DNA of 24,905 nt from a virus (Duplodnaviria > Caudoviricetes): positions 1-24,905 of the IMG/VR virus record IMGVR_UViG_3300030376_003337; one strand, written 5' to 3'. Each line of letters opens with the position of its first letter. Position 1 is the first letter of the stretch. The notes below the pieces were generated by a model. The model ran no database searches. It was given only the letters and a program-made list of their open reading frames with translations, and was not told where the DNA came from. The position numbers and the translations under genes were made by a program. This document shows positions 16,246 to 24,542 of the stretch, in pieces.

Positions 16246-18957
16246 CGTCCCAGTAACCGTAAACTTAGCTAATTTATCACCACCTGGATGAGTAGTAACA
16301 GCATTAGCTCCTGGTGTTACAGCATATGTTTTAGAACTTGGACCTCTAATTATAACTACTCCTGATCCACCATTTGAACCAGCAGAAGGAGGAGAAGCAT
16401 AAGAACCTCCACCACCACCACCAGTATTAGCTGTTCCAGCTTGTGGCGCTGTGCATGATGGTCCTTGAGGACCTCTTCCACCTTGTCCACCACCACCTGC
16501 TCCACCTACTCCACTTGTGTTTGTATTATTATTTCCACCACCTCCACCACCAGCGTATGATGCACAATCTCCAAAAATATTATTAGGTGCTCCAGCTCCA
16601 CCAGCTCCAGCTCCACCACCACCTGTGCTTCCATTACCACCTGCAGCAGTTGCTCCACCACCACCACCTGATGCTGTACCTCCAGGTGAGTGTCCACCAC
16701 TTCCTCCTGAATTTCCTTGAGGGGGACTTACGGGAGGAGTATTTCCTGCACCACCAGAAGCCACTCCAGAAGCAATACCCGGACCTCCACCACCACCTGA
16801 TCCTCCAGCACCTTCTGTTTGTCCACCACCTGCTGATGTAATTTTTAATGGTGCCGCTCCACAAACATTAAATACTGAATTATTTCCTGCTGCTCCTTTA
16901 CATGGATGTGAACCAGATGATCCACCAGTACCACCAGCACCGACAGTTACTGAATAAACTCCATCACCTAAAATTAAAGAAGAACCTCGTAATGGACTTG
17001 GTCCATAACCTGATGCTCTATATCCACCAGCTCCACCACCACCTGATGCGTATCCACATTTGGCTGATCCACTACCACCACCTCCAGCTACTACTAAATA
17101 ATCTACCGTTGCAACATTTGGATCTCCATCACTGATTGTTAAACATCCTGATGCTGTAAAACTTGCTATCTGATCTAAACCAGCAGGAGTGCTAGTATAA
17201 GAAACTGAACCACCTGGTGTTGTTGATAATGTAATTCCTTGGCCTGCATTTGCTCTCGCGATCACGATACCTGAACCACCATTTGCTCCATTATTAAAAT
17301 TAGGACCAAATCCAGCAGCTCCACCTCCGCCACCAGTATTTGCTGTTCCTGCAGTTCCAAGATTATGAGGTGAACATGATCCACTACATCCACCAGCTCC
17401 AGCTCCACCACCACCAGCTCCACCTGAACCACCAGCTTTAGTACCACCTCTACTATCTCCACCACCGCCACCACCACCAGCGTATGTTACTGCTGATCCT
17501 GTAATTGCATTTGGTGCTCCAGCTCCTCCAGGGCCACCTGCACTAGCAGGAGATCCTACAGTTGTTCCAGCAGCAGTTGCTCCACCACCGCCACCACCTT
17601 TTGCAGTTCCAGATCCTGAGTTGTGTCCAGCACCACCATTATTTCCTTGAGGAGGACTTACAGGAGGAGTGTTACCAGAACCAGCACAGCCGGCGTAACC
17701 ACCTCCACCACCAGATCCACCAGTTGCTCCAGGAACATTACCAGTTCCATGTTGACCACCTCCACCACCTGTAGATGTTATAGTTCCTATAACTGAATTA
17801 TTTCCAGAACCTGCAGTGCCATTTCCATTTGGATTAGATCCGGCTGTACCACCAGCTCCAACTGTTACTGAGTGTGTTCCTAAACTTAATTGTAATGCAC
17901 AACCTTGTAATGGACTTGGTCCATATCCTGATGCACGATAACCTCCAGCTCCACCACCGCCTTGACCACCACCGCCACCTCCACCAGCGACTATCATATA
18001 ATCTACTAATGCTATTCTCTTAGGCCATGTGCCATCTTCTACTGCATTAATTTGTTCATTAAGACTCCAGACCCCTGAAGCTTTGGTTAATTCTTTTACG
18101 ATAACTATTCCTGAACCACCAGCACCACCAGCAGATGGGCCTTTACCGCCACCACCACCTCCACCAGTATTTGTAGTTCCAGCTGATCCAGCTGCTCCTG
18201 GAGTAGTTCCTCCTCCACAACCCCCATTACCACCACCACCTGCTCCACCACATCCTTTTGTAGTAAAACCTCCACCACCACCGCCACCACCGACAGCTGA
18301 TACAGGTGCTCCTGGATATGTTGATGAAATTGTTAAACCTGCTCCACCATTACCACCTAAACCATTTATAGGTCCTGGATTTGTTACAGGTGTTCCGGCA
18401 GCTACTTTTCCTCCGCCACCTGCTCCTGCATTTTGAATACATGCTGTTGTATTACCACCAGCATTTCCTTGACCACACACACCTGTTCCTCCTGGATGAG
18501 GTCCTATTGGTGCTGGATCTCCACTAGCTTTTGCTTCACCTGCTCCACCACCTGAACCACCTGCAACACCATTTGCACTGGATCCACCACCACCGCCACC
18601 TCCACAAGAAGTGTAAGTTGTGCTTCCTATAACTAAACTTGAATTTGATCCACATGAACCGTTAGAAGAACTAGATCCTGCTCCTCCACCACCACCTATA
18701 GTAACAGCTCCTAAAGCGCTAGCACCACATACATTTACTTCTAAACATCTAGTTCCACCAGCTCCACCACCACCACCAGCTCCTGAAGAAGGGCCTCCAC
18801 CACCGCCTCCGCCTCCACCACCAGCAACTAATATATTAGCTATTCTTGTTCCTGGTTGTGTTGTTAGTGCACTTGGTGTGCTAGCTGTTTTAGATGTAAC
18901 AGTGCATTTTCCAAAAGACGTTTTGTTGTCTGGTCCTATTATTCCGCCATTTGCCAT
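16231..18957 (-). CDS. Glycine-rich tail fibre/adhesin-like protein with three Gly-rich domains (908 aa)
   Basis: Three tandem domains starting ILVAGGGG, DYMIVAGGGG and DYLVVAGGGG, each ending NTGGGGG...GGSG[IV]V[IV]. SD GGAGG upstream. Confidence 0.78.
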   Translation of the reverse strand: MANGGIIGPDNKTSFGKCTVTSKTASTPSALTTQPGTRIANILVAGGGGGGGGGGPSSGAGGGGGAGGTRCLEVNVCGASALGAVTIGGGGGAGSSSSNGSCGSNSSLVIGSTTYTSCGGGGGGGSSANGVAGGSGGGAGEAKASGDPAPIGPHPGGTGVCGQGNAGGNTTACIQNAGAGGGGKVAAGTPVTNPGPINGLGGNGGAGLTISSTYPGAPVSAVGGGGGGGGFTTKGCGGAGGGGNGGCGGGTTPGAAGSAGTTNTGGGGGGGKGPSAGGAGGSGIVIVKELTKASGVWSLNEQINAVEDGTWPKRIALVDYMIVAGGGGGGGQGGGGAGGYRASGYGPSPLQGCALQLSLGTHSVTVGAGGTAGSNPNGNGTAGSGNNSVIGTITSTGGGGGQHGTGNVPGATGGSGGGGGYAGCAGSGNTPPVSPPQGNNGGAGHNSGSGTAKGGGGGGATAAGTTVGSPASAGGPGGAGAPNAITGSAVTYAGGGGGGGDSRGGTKAGGSGGAGGGGAGAGGCSGSCSPHNLGTAGTANTGGGGGAAGFGPNFNNGANGGSGIVIARANAGQGITLSTTPGGSVSYTSTPAGLDQIASFTASGCLTISDGDPNVATVDYLVVAGGGGSGSAKCGYASGGGGAGGYRASGYGPSPLRGSSLILGDGVYSVTVGAGGTGGSSGSHPCKGAAGNNSVFNVCGAAPLKITSAGGGQTEGAGGSGGGGGPGIASGVASGGAGNTPPVSPPQGNSGGSGGHSPGGTASGGGGGATAAGGNGSTGGGGAGAGGAGAPNNIFGDCASYAGGGGGGNNNTNTSGVGGAGGGGQGGRGPQGPSCTAPQAGTANTGGGGGGSYASPPSAGSNGGSGVVIIRGPSSKTYAVTPGANAVTTHPGGDKLAKFTVTGTLTIS

Positions 18958-18972
18958 AGCCTATAGTACCTC

Positions 18973-19368
18973 CTACGCGTCGTCTAATACTTCATATGAA
19001 ATAAATAAATCTAGGTCACCTGAAGCACTAGCTCCACCCTTCAGTATATCACCTTCCATTAAATAAATAGGTGTGTCCGAGAGAACTAACGTTGCGTCAG
19101 CTGGGACTGAAACTGTTTTTGCTAAGTAAACTGTTGCGTCGGCACCCGTTGGAGTTATACCTGTTGCTCCAGCAGTTGTTAAACCATCTATAAATAAATC
19201 TACATCCGCTGCATTTGTTCCGTCAACATTTGCAACTGTAATTCTATTAATTTTTAATAATTTTTCTGCATCAACTGTTAATAGAGTTGCAGTTGTTGTG
19301 TTAGATAAATTAAAACCAAGGTTTCCACCTAAGATCGATGTTACATTTACTATATTTGGGTTTGCCAT
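18973..19368 (-). CDS. Small beta-rich virion/tail protein (131 aa)
   Basis: MANPNIVNV...KINRITVANVDG...LAKTVSVPADATLV...IYLMEGD.L...ISYE. SD GGAG upstream. Confidence 0.65.
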   Translation of the reverse strand: MANPNIVNVTSILGGNLGFNLSNTTTATLLTVDAEKLLKINRITVANVDGTNAADVDLFIDGLTTAGATGITPTGADATVYLAKTVSVPADATLVLSDTPIYLMEGDILKGGASASGDLDLFISYEVLDDA

Positions 19369-19389
19369 TTTTTAATCTCCTTTTTCCTT

Positions 19390-20010
19390 TTAACCGAATA
19401 CGATTGCCATTGCAATAGCTTTTCCTACAGAAACTGCAGGTGCCTGCATTGTTGGGGCTGCTCCTGAGCCATTTGATGTTAATACAAAACCGCTAGTTCC
19501 TTCAGCAATTCCAGCAAAAGCACCAGCATTATTTACCTGCACTTGACCAGTTGATCCTGCAGCTGAAGTTGTACCAATTGCTAGATCTTTAATATCTGGA
19601 TTAGTTCCATCATTTGCTGTTGCAAAAACTAATTTGTCACCTTTGTCTGTAGTTCCAAACGTAACAGAAGATCCACTGCCAGTAGCATATTTAAATTCAA
19701 CTGTGTTTGCTCCAGATGTTGAATTTCTTAACATGTAAAAAGTTTCTACATCATTTGGAATTGTAACAATTTGATTTCCTGTAATTGTACCTGTAAACTC
19801 GATCATTCTAAATTGACCTGTTCCAGTTGTATTACCATCAACAATAGTTAAAGCTGTAGTTTGCACTCCACCTGCAATTGATTTTGCAGCATATCCACCA
19901 GTAAGTTGTTCAAAAAGTTGTAAGTTTGTATTAGTTTTTGTTCCCCATGTACCGGCGTTTTCGCCTGTAGCCATTAATTCTATTCCAAGAGGTGAAAATG
20001 TTGATGCCAT
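19390..20010 (-). CDS. Tail fibre-related structural protein (206 aa)
   Basis: N-terminal LGIELMATGENAGTWGTKTNTNL, fibre-type motifs GQVQVNNAGAF and GFVLTSNGSGAAP, C-terminal GKAIAMAIVFG. SD AGGAG. Confidence 0.65.
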   Translation of the reverse strand: MASTFSPLGIELMATGENAGTWGTKTNTNLQLFEQLTGGYAAKSIAGGVQTTALTIVDGNTTGTGQFRMIEFTGTITGNQIVTIPNDVETFYMLRNSTSGANTVEFKYATGSGSSVTFGTTDKGDKLVFATANDGTNPDIKDLAIGTTSAAGSTGQVQVNNAGAFAGIAEGTSGFVLTSNGSGAAPTMQAPAVSVGKAIAMAIVFG

Positions 20011-20035
20011 TGTTAATTTCTCCTAATTGTTGTCA

Positions 20036-20064
20036 TTTATATTGGTTATTTAGTTTTAAGTCAA
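20036..20064 (-). promoter_or_regulatory. Sigma70 promoter TTGACT-N17-TATAAA upstream of the fibre genes
   Basis: Intergenic minus-strand TTGACT taaaactaaataaccaa TATAAA, followed by SD AGGAG and ATG at 20010. Confidence 0.7.
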
Positions 20065-20070
20065 ACATAA

Positions 20071-21021
20071 TTATGATGTTAAAGTTGTATATCCTGTTGT
20101 GTTTTTAGGAGTCTTGATTGAATATCCACTGACAGATGTTTTAGGCGTTTTGTCAGTATAGCCAGTGCTGTTTTTTGGTGAAATTTTTCCATAATATCTT
20201 AATATTAATTTACTATCATTTAAACCTGTCGTAGCTATTTGACCTTCTGGAAAGGCATTAGACACTTGAACTGTTGTGACTGTTCCTAAACTTGTAGTGC
20301 TGCTTTGACCAGCAGGAGTGGCTATAGTTTCAGGAGTGGCTGTTATACCTCCTAGCTGAGCTGCTAACACAGTTAGAGCGCTTAGATTTACTATAGGGTT
20401 TGAACTAAAAGCTAAAGTTCCTAAATCTGTATCCGCAGAAAGACCTGTTAATCCTATCACATCAGCTGGTGTTAATGATCCAACCGAAGAAGTTGCTGAC
20501 TGACCTTGTAAACCTACTGAATGATCATCAACAGATAATAAACCATGTGAAGATATTAAAGACTGACCAGTAAGAGTAATAGTAGCATCAGTGAAAACTG
20601 CTGATAAAGAATTTAAAGTACTGGTTAATCTAAAACCAGATAATCCAACAACGTCTTCTGCAACGACTGTACCTAAACTTGATGTTAAACTAAATCCAGT
20701 TAATGATTCTGTTGCACTTTCAATTGATCCCCAACCATTTTGGCCCCAAGTAAGTGTACCCCAACCCGGTCTTATTTCTGTATCTACACTTCCAATACTT
20801 GTTGTTGCAGATAAACCAGTAAGTGAAACAATAGGTGTGTCACCCCAAGATTGAAAACCCCAAGTGTCACGACCCCAACCTTGTACAACAAGATTAGTAT
20901 CACCCCAATCAGCACGACCCCATGAAAAACGTCCCCATCCTTCAGAAGCTCCTGAATAAGTCAGGTCTCCTAAATTTGAAGTAGAAGAAAGACCCGTTAC
21001 TGTAAATGTAACGTCAGCCAT
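20071..21021 (-). CDS. Ser/Thr/Gly-rich repetitive virion protein with WG repeats (316 aa)
   Basis: Repeated LTG.S.T...G units, three GWGxxxWGxxxWG blocks and a C-terminal triple PK...GY repeat. SD AGGAG. Confidence 0.6.
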   Translation of the reverse strand: MADVTFTVTGLSSTSNLGDLTYSGASEGWGRFSWGRADWGDTNLVVQGWGRDTWGFQSWGDTPIVSLTGLSATTSIGSVDTEIRPGWGTLTWGQNGWGSIESATESLTGFSLTSSLGTVVAEDVVGLSGFRLTSTLNSLSAVFTDATITLTGQSLISSHGLLSVDDHSVGLQGQSATSSVGSLTPADVIGLTGLSADTDLGTLAFSSNPIVNLSALTVLAAQLGGITATPETIATPAGQSSTTSLGTVTTVQVSNAFPEGQIATTGLNDSKLILRYYGKISPKNSTGYTDKTPKTSVSGYSIKTPKNTTGYTTLTS

Positions 21022-21030
21022 TTTTTACTC

Positions 21031-21492
21031 CTATGCTATCTGAATGATTGCGTTTCCTGCTGTCTGTGCTGGAAATTGAATTGTAAAAGTTCCACTCGTA
21101 ACAGTTTTGTTTGCACCAAAATTAATTGCACAAACTGCTTTGTTAGAATTAGTTGAATTATAAATTAAACATCCTCTTGCTGTAAAAGAAGCAGAAGTAA
21201 AACTTGTGTCAGCAAATTTACAACAAGCAGTGTCACCAGATAAAACTGGAGTTGTACTTGTTAAAGCATTTCCACCTGTTGTATATCCAGTTGAAGTTGA
21301 ACTAACTTCTTTAGTGTTTGTAGGATCTGCTGTACCATCTGCAGGTGCAGTGTAAGCTGTTGTTGATTTATTTAAAGTTGCGTCTTCTGTGAATAAAGCT
21401 AATTTGAATGAGTCTGTGCCATTAGTAAAATTGTGACCCTCTACTAAAAGTTCTTGTTTAAAACTATTACATATTGCCGATGTTATTGTCAT
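21031..21492 (-). CDS. Putative tail structural protein (153 aa)
   Basis: ICNSFKQELL..HNF....FKLALF, EVS..GYTTGG..L, TARGCLIYN and FG..KT...GTFTIQFP, a pattern common in phage tail modules. SD AGGAG. Confidence 0.65.
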   Translation of the reverse strand: MTITSAICNSFKQELLVEGHNFTNGTDSFKLALFTEDATLNKSTTAYTAPADGTADPTNTKEVSSTSTGYTTGGNALTSTTPVLSGDTACCKFADTSFTSASFTARGCLIYNSTNSNKAVCAINFGANKTVTSGTFTIQFPAQTAGNAIIQIA

Positions 21493-21504
21493 AAAATTCT
21501 CCTA

Positions 21505-22236
21505 TTACTGAGGCGGTGACTCGATTGGAATTCTAATTGTACCATCCGTGTAATCGTCTCGTCTTCTTCTTCCAAGTTGCATTGCTGCAAACTTTTGTAG
21601 TTCAGTTTTATACTTTCCCTCATATAATGTCAACATATCAGTCGGACCTTTTAAGAACCCATATGCCTCTACAAGACAAGCATAAAGTAGTCCTTGAGGG
21701 AAATAATTACTAACATATGTTCCTCCTGTATTAGTCTCTAAACCTGTGGGTAAAGCATTATAATGAATAATATATTTGTAGTTTTGATCTGGTGTAGGGG
21801 CTACATAAATAGCTCCTGAAGTTGCTGTGCTTGTTCCTGTAGTTGCACCACCAAACATAGAATAATATTTAGGAAGACCAGTTACATCTTGAGCTGTTTG
21901 ACTTCCTTCAGTACCTGTTAACTCCCCTATATACTCAGATATAAAAGTTTGATCACGTCTTTGTAACCATACTCCCTCACCTGTAGTAGCAGTTGTTGAA
22001 CTAAATACTTGAATACCTCTTACAAATAAAGTTCCTATTGGCATTGTTATTGTATTAAAATCTTGTGCAAATTGTGCTTCTGCTTGAATTCTATCAGAAT
22101 CCATAGGACAATCTAAATTAATTCTGTGTTCAGCATTACGAATAAATCCATTAATAATAGCAGCAGTGAATACATTAGCATCTACTTCTGTATAATTTCT
22201 AATATCTGTTGTTAAATCTGAATAACTATATGCCAT
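21505..22236 (-). CDS. Head-tail adaptor / tail tubular protein A-like protein (243 aa)
   Basis: YSDL..DIRNYTE, FIRNAE.RI, GLPKYY, VAPTPDQNY and LLYACLVEAY.FLK, matching an adaptor-family pattern. Confidence 0.65.
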   Translation of the reverse strand: MAYSYSDLTTDIRNYTEVDANVFTAAIINGFIRNAEHRINLDCPMDSDRIQAEAQFAQDFNTITMPIGTLFVRGIQVFSSTTATTGEGVWLQRRDQTFISEYIGELTGTEGSQTAQDVTGLPKYYSMFGGATTGTSTATSGAIYVAPTPDQNYKYIIHYNALPTGLETNTGGTYVSNYFPQGLLYACLVEAYGFLKGPTDMLTLYEGKYKTELQKFAAMQLGRRRRDDYTDGTIRIPIESPPQ

Positions 22237-22238
22237 AA

Positions 22239-23039
22239 TTAAGCTCTATCATTAACTGGTCCAATTGTACATTGAAAACCGCCTCCTGTTTCTGTGCTTG
22301 CAGCATTAGATACTAAAGGCACAGTTATAGAATTATATAAAGTTCTTGTAGCAGGCTGAGCTCCTGTAGCTTCTGTTGTTGCAATTGCAGTTGCTAAATA
22401 AGAACCAAATACTTTTGCTCCATTTGCATGAGATCCAGCTGTTGTATTTGATGGTGTTATTCCTCTAAAAGGTGCTGCTGTTCCACGTGTACAACCTGTT
22501 AAATTATTTCCAGCTTTTCCTGTATATTGAATAGTTTCATTTTCAAACGCACCACTTGTAGCATTTATTTTTTCAATAACTATAAATCCAGATGTTGGAA
22601 AAGCAGTAGCGTCATCTAAAATAACTGTAGTAGCAGTATCATTAATTGCACCATTTAATGTTGCTGATAATTCTAATGTAGATATTGCAACACCACCTAC
22701 TATTGATTTAACCGCTCTAAATCTAACATGTGTTGTTCCTTCATTTATTTGATTTGATGGATACGAAACACTTAATGTTGGAGAACCAGCAGTTGTAGTA
22801 AATGGATTCTCTGGTAAAATATCTTGCACTGGAAACTCAACTCTCGCGGGTCTAGCGTTTTTTAAACCTTGTGGATCAGCTCCTACAGGATGTGGTTCTA
22901 GTTGCGGCTGTTTAGGTTCAAATTCTGAAATATGTACTATGGCTCCAGTCCATTCTTTTACCATTTCTCTATATGGAAAAGCTGCACCAGATCTATCTGA
23001 TATTGCTAATGCCCTGCTTCCTTTTGCAAATCTTGCCAT
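22239..23039 (-). CDS. Putative virion structural protein (266 aa) with appended beta domains
   Basis: N-terminal ALAISDRSG..FPY.EMV.EW.G..VH..EFEPKQPQL...DPQ.L..ARP, then Thr-rich beta domains shared with the nozzle. TAATG-coupled. Confidence 0.6.
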   Translation of the reverse strand: MARFAKGSRALAISDRSGAAFPYREMVKEWTGAIVHISEFEPKQPQLEPHPVGADPQGLKNARPARVEFPVQDILPENPFTTTAGSPTLSVSYPSNQINEGTTHVRFRAVKSIVGGVAISTLELSATLNGAINDTATTVILDDATAFPTSGFIVIEKINATSGAFENETIQYTGKAGNNLTGCTRGTAAPFRGITPSNTTAGSHANGAKVFGSYLATAIATTEATGAQPATRTLYNSITVPLVSNAASTETGGGFQCTIGPVNDRA

Positions 23040-23842
23040 TATACATTTGGATAATAGGTTTTCGGTGTAATAAACGTACTCGCCGCTGATCCATCCTCCG
23101 ATAGTGCTCTTGCTAATTCATCTTCATATAGCAGTTTCATTTCTTGTGTTCTTTGTGGTGCAAACTTCATAGATAAATAATATGCAAGTCCTGAAATCAT
23201 ACAAGGCACAAATCTAAAAGGTGTGTCACTTGCATTAGTATAAGCTCCTGCATCTTGAATTCTTCTAACATAATAAACGTTTATAAAGTTAGATGCAGCT
23301 GTTGCATTTGGTAATGGATAAAGTGTTATTGTAACTTTATCTATAAATCTTTGTACCCAAAATTGTGAAGGTGTTCCAAGTGATGCTTTGTTTGCTGTTG
23401 CAGAATATGCATCTCTTGCAACCTTTGTTAAACCAATGTCTGATTGATTTGTTGTATTATAATTTTGTCTAAAAGTTACATTTAAAATATCAGAGATACC
23501 AAAAACATTTGCGTCTGGTACAGTCGTAGCTTGTGGAGGTTCATTACCTCCAGGAACATCACTTGCATTTCTATAAAAAGTATATACCCCAGAACCTTCA
23601 GCAGTAGCATCTACATTTGTTGAAGAACCTACTACTAAATTAACATTTGTGTTTCCTACTTCCCAAAAATGAATTCCTCTATTACCCCATTCTTGAAAAA
23701 GAATATTTAAAGATCTTCTAGCAGTTTTAATTTGATAACCAGCTGTACCTACTAAACCAAGACGCTCGTATGCATCTGCAATAATTTCATCGATTGACAG
23801 GTCCTGATCAAAACTGTAGGCCTGTGAAGTAGTATTAGCCAT
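23039..23842 (-). CDS. Head-tail adaptor-like (P22 gp4-like) protein (267 aa)
   Basis: IDEII.DAYER.G, ARRSLNILF.EW.NRG, G.PSQFW..R, LYP.P and P.RF..C...GLAYYL, matching an adaptor/head-completion pattern. Confidence 0.65.
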   Translation of the reverse strand: MANTTSQAYSFDQDLSIDEIIADAYERLGLVGTAGYQIKTARRSLNILFQEWGNRGIHFWEVGNTNVNLVVGSSTNVDATAEGSGVYTFYRNASDVPGGNEPPQATTVPDANVFGISDILNVTFRQNYNTTNQSDIGLTKVARDAYSATANKASLGTPSQFWVQRFIDKVTITLYPLPNATAASNFINVYYVRRIQDAGAYTNASDTPFRFVPCMISGLAYYLSMKFAPQRTQEMKLLYEDELARALSEDGSAASTFITPKTYYPNV

Positions 23843-23848
23843 TGCTAC

Positions 23849-24490
23849 CTACCCGTCAAAATATACTGTTAAACTTACGAAACTATTAGTTGGTAGATTT
23901 ACAGATAAACCTTCATTAGCCAGTATTCCTCCATGTGCTGAAGCTGGATTAATTAAAGTTTGAGTTGCTACAGGATTTTGTACAGCAAACAATTCATTTC
24001 CTCTTGATTGACCACCATTAAAAAATGTAGTGACTGTATTGGCTGTAGCTGCAGTTGTACCAAATAATTCTCTTAATCTAGTTCTACCTGCAAATACAGT
24101 TTGCTCAGATCCTCCTGATCCTGCTGCGTTTCCTGCTCTAACTGCCGTAGTAGTTCCACCACTTACAGCTATTTGAGTTACAGTATTATATTTTAATGTG
24201 CTTGTAACTGTAGCTGCTCCGTTAGGTCCATTAAGAGCTTCTGAAGCACTTATACCTAAAGCGTTTGTTCCAGTGATTGTAAAAGTAACACCAGTTAAAT
24301 TAGTTCCACCGTCTCCAGTTATTGTAACAAATAATCCTGTTCCTGCTGGTGCAAAACTTGATGCTGTTCCAGCTAAAGTTAAATTACCTGCACCACCTGG
24401 TGTTTGTGAAGCCGCAATAGAATCATCGTCTGCTGATGTTGTAGCAGGGACTAATGTTTTACTTTTAGGACTTACTATACTTGTTCCCAT
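23849..24490 (-). CDS. Putative virion structural protein (213 aa)
   Basis: Thr/Gly/Ala-rich beta protein (VTFTITGT...SEAL.GP; GRTRLR). Strong SD AAGGAG. Confidence 0.6.
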   Translation of the reverse strand: MGTSIVSPKSKTLVPATTSADDDSIAASQTPGGAGNLTLAGTASSFAPAGTGLFVTITGDGGTNLTGVTFTITGTNALGISASEALNGPNGAATVTSTLKYNTVTQIAVSGGTTTAVRAGNAAGSGGSEQTVFAGRTRLRELFGTTAATANTVTTFFNGGQSRGNELFAVQNPVATQTLINPASAHGGILANEGLSVNLPTNSFVSLTVYFDG

Positions 24491-24505
24491 AATTTTTTCT
24501 CCTTA

Positions 24506-24537
24506 AAATTTGTGTGGGCCGAAGCCCACACTAAATT
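24506..24537 (-). terminator. Intrinsic terminator-like hairpin with a cUUCGg tetraloop
   Basis: Minus strand GUGUGGGC-UUCG-GCCCACAC (perfect 8-bp stem, extendable by AAUUU/AAAUU), followed by AAAUUUU, just after a stop codon. Confidence 0.7.
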
Positions 24538-24542
24538 AATTA

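Noticed and set aside
16980-17960. Near-identical segments in the Gly-rich gene as a diversity-generating retroelement TR/VR pair
   Set aside because: Both copies are coding, the differences are mostly synonymous rather than adenine-specific, and there is no reverse transcriptase in the window.
14100-18830. (CCA)n / CCACCACC tracts as a microsatellite, CRISPR array or Chi-site cluster
   Set aside because: Fully explained by poly-Gly coding. There is no constant repeat-spacer periodicity and no cas genes.
16506-19066. Pro-rich and His/Leu/Gln-rich plus-strand ORFs and Val/Glu-rich alternative-frame ORFs
   Set aside because: These are shadows of GGT/GGA Gly-codon runs on the opposite strand or in shifted frames, with no SD or independent motifs.
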